From the NCBI GenBank assembly GCA_028869315.1, contig JAGWSV010000029.1:6304-70303 (forward strand): a DNA stretch of 64,000 bases, given 5' to 3'. This document shows, in pieces, positions 38,696-49,017 of this stretch (position 1 is the first letter of the stretch; each line of letters opens with the position of its first letter). A program made the translations under genes and the position numbers. Source of the DNA: Rhodospirillales bacterium (lineage in GTDB: Bacteria; Pseudomonadota; Alphaproteobacteria; Acetobacterales; Acetobacteraceae). Under the pieces are notes generated by a model, which saw only the letters and a program-made list of their open reading frames with translations, was not told where the DNA came from and made no database searches.

Positions 38696-41110
38696 ATGCC
38701 CGAGTCCATCATGCCTTTGGATATGAACCGTACCCAGACAAAACCGCCCCCCGCGGCGCAGCGCGAGGCGCCGGGACGCCCCGGCATTGCCCCGACCTGG
38801 ACGAGCAGCGCCAAGGACGTGGTCGGCTGCTCGCTGGGGCCGGCGCGGCTGTGGTTCACCCTCGGCTTCGGCATCGTGACCGAGGTCTACTATCCGCGGG
38901 TTGATCTGCCGCAACTGCGCGATCTCGGGTTCATCGTCGCCGACGGCGCGGGCTTCTGGGTCGAGGTGAAGCGGCTCGGCACGTACGAGGTGCGGCTGAT
39001 CGCGCCGGGCGTGCCGGCGGTCGAGATTCTGCACACCCACCCGCGCTTCCGCCTGCGGCTGCGCATCACCCCCGACCCCACCCGCGACGTGCTGCTCGTC
39101 GAAGCCACCTTGACCGGCGATCCGGCGCTGCGGCTGCATGTCCTTCTGGCGCCGCATCTGGGCGCCACCGGAGAGGGCAACGTCGCCGCCGTGGCGCGCT
39201 ACCGCGGCCGGCAGGTGCTGTGGGCGGAACAGGGGCCGTTCGGCCTTGCGCTCGCCGCGGTCGACGCCGGCCAGCGCGACGTGTTCGGGTCCGCCAGCGC
39301 CGGCTATGTCGGCGTCAGCGACGGCTGGCAGGATTTCGCCCTGCATGGCGCCATGACCTGGCAATACGACGTCGCCGGGCCGGGCAACGTCGCGCTGGTC
39401 GCCGCCCTGCCGCGGGCTTCGGTGCTGGCTCTCGGCTTCGCCGGCAGCAAGCAGGCCGCCGCCACCCTCGCCGTCTCCAGCCTGCTCGAACCGTTCGACG
39501 CCGTGATGCTGCGCCAGGTGTCGGACTGGCAGGCCTGGTACGCGCTCGCCAACGCCCGCAATCCGGTGCGCTGGGAGGCGCCGGAACCGTTGCGGGATCA
39601 GTTCATGATCTCGACCATGGTGCTGCGCAGCCATCTCGACAAGACCTATCCGGGCGCCATGGTCGCCAGCCTCAGCATCCCCTGGGGCGATCGCGGCGGC
39701 GAGCGCGGCGGCTACCATCTGGTCTGGCCGCGAGACCTCGTGCACTGCGCCAGCGCGCTGCTGGCGCTGGGGGCGGAGGACGAGGCGCGCAACGCGCTGC
39801 GCTACCTGATCGCCACCCAGCGCGAAGACGGCCATTGGGAACAGAATCAGTGGCTGGGCGGGCGGCCTTACTGGCAGGGCAAGCAGCTCGACCAAACCGC
39901 CTTCCCGGTGCTGCTCGCTTCCCTGCTGGCCGAGCGCAACGCGCTCGGCGGCACCGAAATCGGCGACATGATCTGCCGCGCCCTTGGCTACCTGCTGCGC
40001 GAGGGGCCGGTGAGCGAGCAGGACCGCTGGGAGGAAAGCGCCGGCATCACGGCTTCCACCCTCGCCGCCTGCATCGCCGCGCTGGTGGCCGGGGCGCCGT
40101 TCCTGCCGCTGCGCGCCCGCCGGCTGGCGCTGGCGACGGCGGATTTCTGGAACGACCGGGTGGAGACCTGGCTGGTCGCCCGCGGCGGCCGGCTGGCCGA
40201 CCGGTTCGGCCTGCCCGCCTATTACGTGCATCTCGCGCCGTCGCGCATCCTGACCGACGCGGACGCGCTCGCCGATCCGATCCCGCTGCACAACCAGATG
40301 GAGGCGCGGAGCATCACGGCGGCCGAACTGGTCTCGCTCGACTTCCTGCACCTGGTGCGGCTGGGGCTGCGGCGGGCGGCGGACCCGCTGGTGCTGGACA
40401 GCCTGGCGCTGGCGGACTCGCTGTTGAAAGTGGAGACGCCGGCGGGGCCGGCCTGGCACCGCTACGTGGGCGACGGCTACGGCGAAACCGAGGACGGCGG
40501 CGCCTTCATCGGTGCCGGCCGCGGCCGGGCCTGGCCGCTGCTGAGCGGCGAGCGGGGCCATTACGAGGTGGCGGCCGGCCGCGATCCGCTGCCGCTGCTG
40601 GAATCCATGGCGGCGATGGCCGGCAAAGGCGGCATGATCTCCGAGCAGGTCTGGGACACCGACGCGCTGCCCAAGCGCTACCTGTTCCCCGGCCGGCCGA
40701 CCGGATCCGCCACGCCGCTCGCCTGGGCGCATGCGGAGTTCGTGAAGCTCGTGCTCTCGCGCCGGGCAGGCCGGGCCATCGATGCCCCGGCGGCGGCCGG
40801 GCGGCGTTACCGTGGGCTGCGGCGCCCGGCACGGCGCAGCGTCTGGCTGGCGCACGCGCCGACCGCTGGCTTTCCGGCCGGCAGCCGCGTGATCGTCGCC
40901 CTGCCGCGCGCGGCGCAGGTGCATTGGGGGGCTGACGGCTGGCAACATCCGCATGACGTGGCGACGATGGACAGCCGCCTTGGCCTGCACACGGCGGATC
41001 TACGGGTGGAGCACCTGCCGCCCGGCGCCACCGTCGATTTCACCTGGAAATGGCGCGACGGCGGAACCTGGTCCGGCCAGGACGTGCATCTTCGCGCCGA
41101 GGAACGCTGA
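38696..41110 (+). CDS. GH15 glucoamylase / glucodextranase family enzyme
   Basis: It has a bacterial GH15 N-domain followed by the catalytic (alpha/alpha)6 region (YHLVWPRD, RWEESAGI, LSGERGHYE, WAHAEF). It is divergent from malQ. Confidence 0.85.
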   Translation: MPESIMPLDMNRTQTKPPPAAQREAPGRPGIAPTWTSSAKDVVGCSLGPARLWFTLGFGIVTEVYYPRVDLPQLRDLGFIVADGAGFWVEVKRLGTYEVRLIAPGVPAVEILHTHPRFRLRLRITPDPTRDVLLVEATLTGDPALRLHVLLAPHLGATGEGNVAAVARYRGRQVLWAEQGPFGLALAAVDAGQRDVFGSASAGYVGVSDGWQDFALHGAMTWQYDVAGPGNVALVAALPRASVLALGFAGSKQAAATLAVSSLLEPFDAVMLRQVSDWQAWYALANARNPVRWEAPEPLRDQFMISTMVLRSHLDKTYPGAMVASLSIPWGDRGGERGGYHLVWPRDLVHCASALLALGAEDEARNALRYLIATQREDGHWEQNQWLGGRPYWQGKQLDQTAFPVLLASLLAERNALGGTEIGDMICRALGYLLREGPVSEQDRWEESAGITASTLAACIAALVAGAPFLPLRARRLALATADFWNDRVETWLVARGGRLADRFGLPAYYVHLAPSRILTDADALADPIPLHNQMEARSITAAELVSLDFLHLVRLGLRRAADPLVLDSLALADSLLKVETPAGPAWHRYVGDGYGETEDGGAFIGAGRGRAWPLLSGERGHYEVAAGRDPLPLLESMAAMAGKGGMISEQVWDTDALPKRYLFPGRPTGSATPLAWAHAEFVKLVLSRRAGRAIDAPAAAGRRYRGLRRPARRSVWLAHAPTAGFPAGSRVIVALPRAAQVHWGADGWQHPHDVATMDSRLGLHTADLRVEHLPPGATVDFTWKWRDGGTWSGQDVHLRAEER

Positions 41111-41162
41111 GACGGGGCGTCAGAGAGGCTACCAGGGAGGCCGCCAATGGCGACCACCGGTA

Positions 41163-41954
41163 TCATTCCAGCACAGCCATCGCCATCCGCAGGCCAGCCA
41201 GCACGAGAACGGCGGCGAGCAGCGGCCGCAGCACCCGATCCGGAACCCGAGCGGCCAGCAGGCTGCCGAGCAGTACCCCGGGCACCGAGCCCGCGAGCAG
41301 CAGCCCGAATAGCGGCCACCGCACGTCGCCGAGCAGCCAGTGCCCGATTCCGGCCAGCAAGGTGAGCGGCACCGCATGCGCGATATCCGCGCCGACCAGC
41401 CGCTGGACCGGCTCGCGCGGGTAGAGCAGGACCAGCGCCGTCATCCCGAGCGCCCCCGCCCCCACCGAGGACACCGACACGAGCGCGCCGACGACGGCCC
41501 CCGTCAGCACCGTCAGGCGCCTGACCCGCGTCGGCGTCAGCGAGGTCCAGGCCCCGACCCTGGCGACGACGTGCCGGCGCAGCAGCAGCGACACCGCGCT
41601 GAGAATCAGCGCCAGGCCAAGGGTGACGGAGATGAGCCGCTCCACATGCGGGCCGTGCATGTCGATCCGCGACAAGGCCAGCAATGTCAGCGCGGCGGCC
41701 GGGACGCTGCCGAGCGCGAGACGCGCGGTGATGCGCCAGCGCACGGTACGGACGAGGCCGTGCATGGCCGTGCCGACCGACTTCGTGGCGGCGGCGAAGA
41801 GCAGGTCGGTACCGACGGCCGCCGCCGGATGGATCCCGAAGCCCAGCACCAACACCGGCGTCATGAGCGAACCGCCGCCGACGCCCGTCAGGCCCACCAG
41901 AAACCCGACGGTGAACCCCGATGCGACATAGAGCACGGCCGGCGCGCCGATCAT
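41163..41954 (-). CDS. TauE/SafE family sulfite/anion exporter
   Basis: It is a polytopic membrane protein with the duplicated GxxGxGGG motif (GLTGVGGGSLMTPVL ... SVSSVGAGALG). The start is the ATG at 41954. Confidence 0.85.
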   Translation of the reverse strand: MIGAPAVLYVASGFTVGFLVGLTGVGGGSLMTPVLVLGFGIHPAAAVGTDLLFAAATKSVGTAMHGLVRTVRWRITARLALGSVPAAALTLLALSRIDMHGPHVERLISVTLGLALILSAVSLLLRRHVVARVGAWTSLTPTRVRRLTVLTGAVVGALVSVSSVGAGALGMTALVLLYPREPVQRLVGADIAHAVPLTLLAGIGHWLLGDVRWPLFGLLLAGSVPGVLLGSLLAARVPDRVLRPLLAAVLVLAGLRMAMAVLE

Positions 41955-42223
41955 CCGCCGGCCGTCATGCTCGCGCGAGGTGGAAGAATGCCATGCTCGC
42001 TGCAATCCCCGTGCTGGTGCCCGTCGGCCGGATGGTCCCTCGGGCGCGCCACGGCAGGCAAGTCATTCCTGCGCCAGGGGATGATCTGCTCCCAGCGCCA
42101 AGCGCGGGAGTGCGGCTTGTCATCGCGCGAACGAATACTGGCAGGTTCTCCGCGCCGCCGCAGCACAAGGTCCGGCATAGTGGGGTCCGGCGGAGTGGGG
42201 GTCTGCCGCCAGGGGGCAGTACG

Positions 42224-44290
42224 TCAGCGCGCCGGCATGCGTGTCTCGTGCAGCATCAGAACGGAACGGGCCTGTACCGTCATCGTGACTGGCGCTGGCG
42301 CCGTTACCGCCCTGCGGCCATCCGGCGCGGCACTGTCGAGCAGGACCCGCCAGCGCATCCCGGCGCGCGGGTCGGGCAGGCGCACGTCGATCGGGGCACC
42401 GCCCGCGTGCAGAATGACCACGACGCGCTGCATCGGCGCATGGCCACCGCCGGCGGCAGACAGCGCGGCGATCAGGGTGCGGTGCTCCGCGTCGTCCCAA
42501 TCGGCCGCCTGCATCGGCGTGCCTTCAGGGGTGAGCCATGCGACGTCGGGAAACCCTTCGGTGCCGTCGCGCGGCGCACCACGGAGCGCGTCGCGGCCGG
42601 GCAGCCCCCGCCAGCGGCGCCGCAGCCGCAACAGGCGCGCGGTGAAGTCGCGCAGGCCCGCATCGAGGCCGGTCCAGTCGAACCAGGCGGTCTCGTTGTC
42701 CTGCGCGTAGGCGTTGTTGTTGCCGCCCTGGCTGCGCCCGCACTCGTCGCCCATCGCCAGCATCGGCGTGCCGCGCGACAGCAGCAGGGTGGCGAGCAGC
42801 GCGCGCAGGTCGGCGGCGCGGCAGGCGCGGATATCAGGGTCATCGGTCGGTCCGTCGATGCCGTGGTTCCACGAATAGTTCGTGTCGTTTCCATCTCTGT
42901 TTCCCTCGCCGTTCGCCTCGTTACGCTTGGTTTCGTAGGAAACTAGATCGACCAGGGTGAAGCCGTCATGCGCGGCGACGAAGTTGATCGCGCGCGACAC
43001 CGGCCGGCGGCGCGCAGCGAAGATGTCCGCCGAGCCGGCAAAGCGGGTGGCGAGATTGCCGAGCTGGCCGCGGTCGCCGCGCCAGAACCGGCGCACGGTG
43101 TCGCGGTACTGGTCGTTCCATTCGCCCCAGTCGGCGGCGAACGCGCCCAGCCGGTAGCCGCCCGGTCCCAGGTCCCACGGCTCGGCGATGCGGACCCGGT
43201 CGCGCAGCACCGGGTCCTGGTCGATCGCGGCGAGCAGCGGCGCCGCCGGGTCGAAGCCCTCGGCGCGCCGGCCGAGCGTGGTGGCGAGGTCGAACCGGAA
43301 CCCGTCCAGCCCGGCGCGCAGGGCCCAGCTGCGCAGCGCGTCGAGCGCGAGGCGCAGCACCGGCGGGCGATCCAGCGCCAGCGTGTTGTGGCACCCGGTG
43401 TCGTCCTGGTAGCGTGACGGATCGTCGGGATCGAGCCGATAGTAGCTGGCGTTGTCGAGCCCGCGCAGCGACAGCGTCGGGCCGGTGGCATCGTATTCGC
43501 CGCTATGGTTGAGCACGACATCGAGCAGCACGGCGATGCCGGCATCCCGCAGCGCCGCCACCGCGGCCCGCACTTCCGGCCAGCCGCCGGGGGCGAGGCG
43601 CGGATCGGGGGCGAGGAAAGCAACCGGGTTGTAGCCCCAGGCATCGGTCAGGCCGAGCGCCGGCATATGCGGCGCGTCGATCGAGGCCGCCGCGGGCATG
43701 AGCTCCACCGCCGTGACGCCGAGCCGGCGCAGGTAGCCGATCACGGCGGGGTGGGCGAGGCCGGCGAAGGTGCCGCGCAACGGCCCGGGCACCTCCGGAT
43801 GGCGCATGGTGAAGCCGCGCACCGGAAGTTCGTAGATCGCCGCGCACGCCCAATCGAACAGGAGCGGCGGCGGCGCCGCGGGCTGGTCCGCCGCTTCAGC
43901 GATGGCTTTCGGCATCGCCGCCGCGCTGTCGGCCGCCGCATCGGGGAACAGGAGAGGATGCAGGCGGAACGGACGGTCGAGCCGGGTCGCGAATGGGTCG
44001 CACAGCAGCTTGGTCGGATCGAAGCGATGCCCGCGCGCGGGGTCGCGCGGTCCCGCCGCGCGCAGCCCGTAGCGGGTTCCGGCGGTCAGGCCGCCGACAT
44101 GGCCGTGGAACACGTCGCCGGTGCGCTCCGGCAGGCGGATGCGCGCAACCTCGCGCTCCCCGGCCGGATCGAAGAGGCAGAGGCTGATCGCCTCCGCATG
44201 GGCGGAGAACACCGCCACGTTGGCGCCGCTGGCGTCGATCCGGACGCCGAGCGGCTCCGGCCGGCCGGGCCCGGCCAGGCACGGCGTCAT
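42224..44290 (-). CDS. glgX: Glycogen debranching enzyme
   Basis: GH13 regions are present ([26 protein letters not shown]), preceded by a CBM48-like N-terminus. The start is the ATG at 44290. Confidence 0.9.
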   Translation of the reverse strand: MTPCLAGPGRPEPLGVRIDASGANVAVFSAHAEAISLCLFDPAGEREVARIRLPERTGDVFHGHVGGLTAGTRYGLRAAGPRDPARGHRFDPTKLLCDPFATRLDRPFRLHPLLFPDAAADSAAAMPKAIAEAADQPAAPPPLLFDWACAAIYELPVRGFTMRHPEVPGPLRGTFAGLAHPAVIGYLRRLGVTAVELMPAAASIDAPHMPALGLTDAWGYNPVAFLAPDPRLAPGGWPEVRAAVAALRDAGIAVLLDVVLNHSGEYDATGPTLSLRGLDNASYYRLDPDDPSRYQDDTGCHNTLALDRPPVLRLALDALRSWALRAGLDGFRFDLATTLGRRAEGFDPAAPLLAAIDQDPVLRDRVRIAEPWDLGPGGYRLGAFAADWGEWNDQYRDTVRRFWRGDRGQLGNLATRFAGSADIFAARRRPVSRAINFVAAHDGFTLVDLVSYETKRNEANGEGNRDGNDTNYSWNHGIDGPTDDPDIRACRAADLRALLATLLLSRGTPMLAMGDECGRSQGGNNNAYAQDNETAWFDWTGLDAGLRDFTARLLRLRRRWRGLPGRDALRGAPRDGTEGFPDVAWLTPEGTPMQAADWDDAEHRTLIAALSAAGGGHAPMQRVVVILHAGGAPIDVRLPDPRAGMRWRVLLDSAAPDGRRAVTAPAPVTMTVQARSVLMLHETRMPAR

Positions 44291-44608
44291 GGCGCGGTGC
44301 CCTGGCGGTCGGCAGGCAGGCGCGGCACCGGGGTAGCCGGAGAAACGTGCATTTCCCGTATTCCCTCTCGAAGCCGGCACCGATGCCTACCCGCGCGCGC
44401 GGCGGTGTCAATCGCGCGGAACCGCCCGGCCGCCGACCCGGCGCCGAGATTCCATTTTTGTTCCGACGGCGCGTGCATATGCTTCCCTGGTGCGCCGCAA
44501 ACGGGTTTGCGCCCCGGGCCAAAGCGAGGCAGGTTCGGCCACGCGCGGCACGCTCCGGGGCACCGGGCCGGCCGCCTTCCAGACGCCGCCCATACCGGAG
44601 ACTGCCCG

Positions 44609-45391
44609 ATGGCCGAGACCTTCCAAACCATCCTCGTCGAGACCCATGGTGCGGTCGGCCTGATCCGGCTCAACCGGCCGGCGGCGCTGAACGCGCTGTG
44701 CGACCAGCTGATGACCGAGCTGGGCGCGCAATTGCTGGCCTTCGACGCCGATCCGGCGATCGGCGCCATCGTGCTGACCGGCAGCGAGAAGGCCTTCGCC
44801 GCCGGCGCCGACATCAAGGAAATGCGCGAGCGCACCCATCCCGAGGCGCTGCTCGAAGATTTCATCGGCGCCCGGTGGGAGACGGTCACCAAGGTCAAGA
44901 AGCCGGTGATCGCCGCGGTGGCGGGCTTCGCGCTCGGCGGCGGCTGCGAGCTCGCCATGATGTGCGACCTGATCCTGGCCGCGGACACGGCGAAATTCGG
45001 CCAGCCGGAGATCAATCTCGGCGTCATCCCCGGCGCCGGCGGCACCCAGCGCCTGACCCGCGCGGTGGGTAAGTCGAAGGCGATGGAGATGGTGCTGACC
45101 GGGCGGATGATGGATGCCGCCGAGGCCGAGCGCGCCAACCTGGTGGCCCGCGTGGTGCCCGCCGCCGAGTTGATCGGCGAAGCGCTCAAGCTTGCGGCAA
45201 AGATCGCCGCGTTGTCCCCGGTGGCGGTGGCGGTGGCGAAGCAGGCGGTGAACCGGGCCTTCGAGACCACACTTGCGGAAGGCGTGCGGGCCGAGCGCAC
45301 CCTGTTTCTGCCGCTGTTCGGGACCCCCGACCAGAAGGAAGGCATGGCTGCGTTCGTGGAGAAGCGAAAGCCCGCGTTCTCGCGCCGCTGA
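44609..45391 (+). CDS. Enoyl-CoA hydratase (crotonase family)
   Basis: [21 protein letters not shown] and [15 protein letters not shown] motifs are present. Confidence 0.9.
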   Translation: MAETFQTILVETHGAVGLIRLNRPAALNALCDQLMTELGAQLLAFDADPAIGAIVLTGSEKAFAAGADIKEMRERTHPEALLEDFIGARWETVTKVKKPVIAAVAGFALGGGCELAMMCDLILAADTAKFGQPEINLGVIPGAGGTQRLTRAVGKSKAMEMVLTGRMMDAAEAERANLVARVVPAAELIGEALKLAAKIAALSPVAVAVAKQAVNRAFETTLAEGVRAERTLFLPLFGTPDQKEGMAAFVEKRKPAFSRR

Positions 45392-45486
45392 GACCCGCCA
45401 CACTGCGCGACGGTTCCTTGACACTCCCCGAGCCGGCTCCTACAACCCGCGGCTTCCCGAACCGACCCATCCGAGCGACAGGACGC

Positions 45487-45756
45487 ATGGCCAATACCGC
45501 TTCCGCGCGTAAGCGCATCCGTCAGACCGAGCGCCGTACGGCGCGTAACAAGGCGCGCAAGTCCCGCGTCCGCAACTTCGTCAAGAAGGTGGAGACTGCG
45601 ATCGCCGGTGGCGACAAGGCCGCCGCCGCCGAGGCGCTGCGCGCTGCCCAGCCGGAGATGCAGCGCGCCGTCGGCAAGGGCGTCATGCACCGCAACACGG
45701 TCGCACGGCGACTGTCACGGCTTTCGGCCCGGATCAACGCGCTGAGCGTTGGCTGA
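45487..45756 (+). CDS. rpsT: 30S ribosomal protein S20
   Basis: The N-terminus reads [36 protein letters not shown]. Confidence 0.93.
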   Translation: MANTASARKRIRQTERRTARNKARKSRVRNFVKKVETAIAGGDKAAAAEALRAAQPEMQRAVGKGVMHRNTVARRLSRLSARINALSVG

Positions 45757-45761
45757 GCCCG

Positions 45762-45792
45762 GCAGGGCGCGCGGGACCGCGCGCCCTGCTTT
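45762..45792 (+). terminator. Rho-independent terminator after rpsT
   Basis: A 12-bp GC stem (gcagggcgcgcg / cgcgcgccctgc) closes a ggac loop and is followed by ttt. Confidence 0.6.
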
Positions 45793-46100
45793 CCCGCTCG
45801 CCACCCGTCCGGACAAAGTGTTCAGCGCTCCGGAATATACGAGCGACACGATCATAGAACTGACGTAAGTATTGTTGGCGACAGACCAAGTCGCACGGAC
45901 GCAATCTTCTTTCTTTGTGCCACCGCAGGTCTTGTTGATGACGGTTTTTCGTTGTCCGCCGGCTTGGTTCGGGTTAATCGTTAACTCGCAGTAAGCCAAT
46001 GTCGACCGCTCCTTACTGCGGTGCGACATAAATATTTCGAACGGAATAAACGGGGCGGAGAGCGTGACCGAATGGTCACGCATGGGCTGGGAATGGCGCG

Positions 46101-47561
46101 GTGACGGCGCACACTGACGGGGCGAAGCGCGGGATGACCAGTGGACCGGGAGGCGAAGTGGTAGCCGGCCTTCAGCTGGACACGCAGCTGGAGGTTCAGT
46201 GGGATCGCATCCGGACACGATTGCAAACCGAGCTTGGTGAGGGCGAATACCGCGCCTGGCTCCGTCAGGCCTGTGTCGGCAGCCTGGACGGCGAAGAACT
46301 CACCCTGCTTCTACCGACCAATTTCCTGCGCGATTGGGTACGCGGCCAGCACGGCGCGCGGCTGAGCGCCGCTTGGCAGGCGGAGAACCCGGCGGTTCGC
46401 CGGGTCGATGTGCGCGTGGGCACGCCGCCGGCCGTACCGATCGCCAGCGAGCGCAATGCCGCCGGCGGCCTTCCCGCGATGCCGCGGCCCCCGGAACGCG
46501 GCGGCGATGCGGCCGGCCGGAACGGCGATCTCGCCGGCTCGCTCGATCCACGCTTTACATTCAGCAATTTCGTTGTCGGGAAGCCGAACGAATTCGCCTA
46601 TGCCTGCGCCCGGCGGGTGGCCGAACGCCCCGCCAGCCACGGCTTCAATCCGCTGTTCCTGTATGGCGGGGTCGGTCTCGGCAAGACCCACCTGATGCAC
46701 GCAATCGCCTGGGAGCTGCCGACCCACAGCGGCGCGCCCGGATCGTCGGTGGCGTACATGTCGGCCGAGAAGTTCATGTACCGCTTCATCGGCGCGATCC
46801 GGTCGCAGGCAACGATGGAGTTCAAGGAGCAGCTGCGCAGCGTCGACGTGCTGATGATCGACGACCTGCAGTTCCTGATCGGCAAGGACAATACGCAGGA
46901 AGAATTCTTCCACACGTTCAACGCACTGGTCGACAGCGGCAAGCAGATCGTGGTCTCCGCCGACAAGTCCCCCTCCGACCTGTCGGGGATCGAGGACCGG
47001 CTGCGCACCCGGCTTGGCTGCGGCATGGTGGCGGACCTGCACGCCACCACCTTCGAGCTGCGCATCTCGATCCTGGAAGCGAAGGCGGCCTCGGCCGACG
47101 TCTTGGTGCCGGGCAAGGTGCTGGAATTCCTGGCGCACAAAATCACCACCAACGTGCGCGAACTGGAAGGCGCGCTGAACCGGCTGATCGCCCACGCGAA
47201 CCTGTTCGCCCGGCCGATCACTCTGGAAACCACCCAGGAAGTGCTGCACGACATCCTGAAGGCACACGACCGGCGGGTGACGATCGACGAAATCCAGCGC
47301 CGGGTGGCGGAGCATTACAACATCCGGCTCACCGACATGGCCTCGCCGCGGCGGGCCCGCAATGTCGCCCGCCCCCGCCAGGTGGCGATGTACCTCGCCA
47401 AGCAGCTCACCAGCCGCAGCCTGCCTGAGATCGGCCGCAAGTTCGGCAACCGCGATCACACGACGGTCATGCACGCGGTCGCCCGCGTCGGTGAGCTGAT
47501 GGCGCGCGACGCCGGCTTCGCCGACGACGTCGATCTGTTGCGGCGCATGCTGGAAGCCTGA
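46101..47561 (+). CDS. dnaA: Chromosomal replication initiator DnaA
   Basis: AAA+ motifs are present (NPLFLYGGVGLGKTHL, LMIDDLQF). The C-terminal DNA-binding domain reads RQVAMYLAKQLTSRSLPEIGRKFGNRDHTTVMHA. The start is either GTG 46101 or ATG 46134. Confidence 0.93.
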   Translation: MTAHTDGAKRGMTSGPGGEVVAGLQLDTQLEVQWDRIRTRLQTELGEGEYRAWLRQACVGSLDGEELTLLLPTNFLRDWVRGQHGARLSAAWQAENPAVRRVDVRVGTPPAVPIASERNAAGGLPAMPRPPERGGDAAGRNGDLAGSLDPRFTFSNFVVGKPNEFAYACARRVAERPASHGFNPLFLYGGVGLGKTHLMHAIAWELPTHSGAPGSSVAYMSAEKFMYRFIGAIRSQATMEFKEQLRSVDVLMIDDLQFLIGKDNTQEEFFHTFNALVDSGKQIVVSADKSPSDLSGIEDRLRTRLGCGMVADLHATTFELRISILEAKAASADVLVPGKVLEFLAHKITTNVRELEGALNRLIAHANLFARPITLETTQEVLHDILKAHDRRVTIDEIQRRVAEHYNIRLTDMASPRRARNVARPRQVAMYLAKQLTSRSLPEIGRKFGNRDHTTVMHAVARVGELMARDAGFADDVDLLRRMLEA

Positions 47562-47598
47562 GGCCGCCAGAGGACCTCGCCATTCCATCCGGCGCCGC

Positions 47599-47618
47599 CA
47601 GGCCGGCGCGCCGGCCTG
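47599..47618. terminator. Perfect 20-bp GC palindrome between convergent dnaA and the SNF2 gene
   Basis: The sequence caggccggcgcgccggcctg is self-complementary. No U-tract follows, so its role as a terminator is uncertain. Confidence 0.35.
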
Positions 47619-47646
47619 CACCGCGCCGGACTGCACCGCGATCGCC

Positions 47647-49011
47647 TCACGTTCCGACCGCACGGAGCAATGTCGGCAGGTCGAGCCGACCGAGGCTTTC
47701 CGCCGCCACGCCATCGATCAGATCGGCGAACAGCGCGCGCTTTTCGACCAGGATCGCGGCGATCCGCTGCTCGATGCTGTCCGGCGTCAGATAGGCGAAT
47801 ACCTGCACCGGGCGGGTCTGGCCGATCCGGTGCGCGCGGTCCTCGGCCTGTGCCTCGGCCGCCGGGTTCCACCAGCGGTCGAAATGAAACACCACCGAGG
47901 CAGCAGTCAGGTTCAACCCGACCCCGCCGGCGCGCAGCGAAGCGACCAGGACCCGTCGCTCCGGATCGGCGGCGAAGACGGCGACCGCGCGGTCGCGCGC
48001 CGCCGGGCTCATGCGTCCGGTCAGCAGCAGCGGCCGGAACGGGGCGAGGGCGTCGGCGAGCCACTCTGCCCCGAACGGCGCCGCCACGAATTGCGTGAAT
48101 ACCAACACCTTCTCGCCCGCCTCCGCGACCGCCGCGATGCGCCGGCGCAGATCCTCGCATTTGGCCGACTCGCCAGTTTCCGGGCAGGCATTGCAGATCT
48201 GCTTGAGCCGCAGGATCAATTCCAGCACATGCACGATCCGTACGCGCGCACCGAGGTCGCGCAGCCAGACCAGCCCCTCGCGCTCGGCCGTATCATAGGC
48301 GGCGCGCTGGCGCGGGCTCAGATCGGGGGCGAGGGTGAAGGCGCTTTTGGGCGGCAGTTCCGGCAGCACCGCGGCGCGCCGCCGGCGCAGTTGCACGGTG
48401 CCGAGCGCGTGGCGGATGCCCGACAGCAACGCGCCGCGCGGGCAGACGCCGGGGGCAACGAAATCGAGGATCGAAACCGCATCGTCCGGGTGGTTTTCGA
48501 GCGGCGTGCCGGTCAGCGCCCAAGCGCGGTCGCGCGGCACCGCCTTCACCGTAGCGGCGAGATCGGTGCCGGCATTCCTGATGCGTTGCGCCTCATCAGC
48601 CACCACCACCTGCCATCGCCGCCGCAGCGGACCATACGGGGCGGGCAAGGCGGCATCGGCGCGCAACGCGTCGTAGCCCACCAGGAAGACCTGCGCCGGC
48701 GCGCACCAGCGCCGCCGGCGCTCCGCCGCCGGCCCGGCGCAAGTGGCGAGCACGAGGTCCGGCGCCCACTCCCGCAGATGCCGGCGCCATTGCAGCACCA
48801 GGCTTGCCGGCACCACCACCAGCACCGGCCCCGGCGCGCCCGCCGTCAGCAGCAGCCGCAATGCGGCGATCGCCTGCACGGTCTTGCCGAGACCCATTTC
48901 GTCGGCGAGCAGCACGCCAGGTTGCGCCAGCAGTCGCGCTACGCCCTGCCGTTGCCAAGGCGGCAGCGGCGCGGGCCAGGTCAGGCCGAACGCCTCAGCC
49001 GCCGCGCCCAT
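47647..49011 (-). CDS. Minimal SNF2-family helicase/translocase (core ATPase only, 454 aa)
   Basis: SNF2 motifs are present: LLADEMGLGKT (I), VVVPASLVLQW (Ia), VVADEAQRIRN (II), ALTGTPLEN (III), KVLVFTQF (IV), AGGVGLNLTAASVVFHFDRWWNP (V) and QAEDRAHRIGQ (VI). It is the last gene of a four-gene operon. Confidence 0.85.
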   Translation of the reverse strand: MGAAAEAFGLTWPAPLPPWQRQGVARLLAQPGVLLADEMGLGKTVQAIAALRLLLTAGAPGPVLVVVPASLVLQWRRHLREWAPDLVLATCAGPAAERRRRWCAPAQVFLVGYDALRADAALPAPYGPLRRRWQVVVADEAQRIRNAGTDLAATVKAVPRDRAWALTGTPLENHPDDAVSILDFVAPGVCPRGALLSGIRHALGTVQLRRRRAAVLPELPPKSAFTLAPDLSPRQRAAYDTAEREGLVWLRDLGARVRIVHVLELILRLKQICNACPETGESAKCEDLRRRIAAVAEAGEKVLVFTQFVAAPFGAEWLADALAPFRPLLLTGRMSPAARDRAVAVFAADPERRVLVASLRAGGVGLNLTAASVVFHFDRWWNPAAEAQAEDRAHRIGQTRPVQVFAYLTPDSIEQRIAAILVEKRALFADLIDGVAAESLGRLDLPTLLRAVGT

Positions 49012-49017
49012 CCCGGA

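Noticed and set aside
41163-41954. The TauE/SafE permease might be functionally part of the glycogen cluster.
   Set aside because: It sits between GH15 and glgX, but it has no evident functional link to either. It could have its own promoter. The evidence is not enough to claim an association.
45974-45984. TTAATCGTTAA could have been a CtrA binding site.
   Set aside because: The half-sites are spaced by 3 nt, not by the 7 nt of the CtrA consensus.
45793-46100. The AT-rich region upstream of dnaA could have been the chromosomal origin (oriC).
   Set aside because: By eye I found no perfect DnaA box, no canonical CtrA box and no GANTC cluster. In many alphaproteobacteria the origin is not next to dnaA. 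I kept it only as a promoter/operator observation.
45715-46218. A 167-aa minus-strand ORF spans the rpsT-dnaA intergenic region.
   Set aside because: It runs through the AT-rich spacer and into the dnaA 5' end. It shows no motifs and its composition is atypical for this genome.
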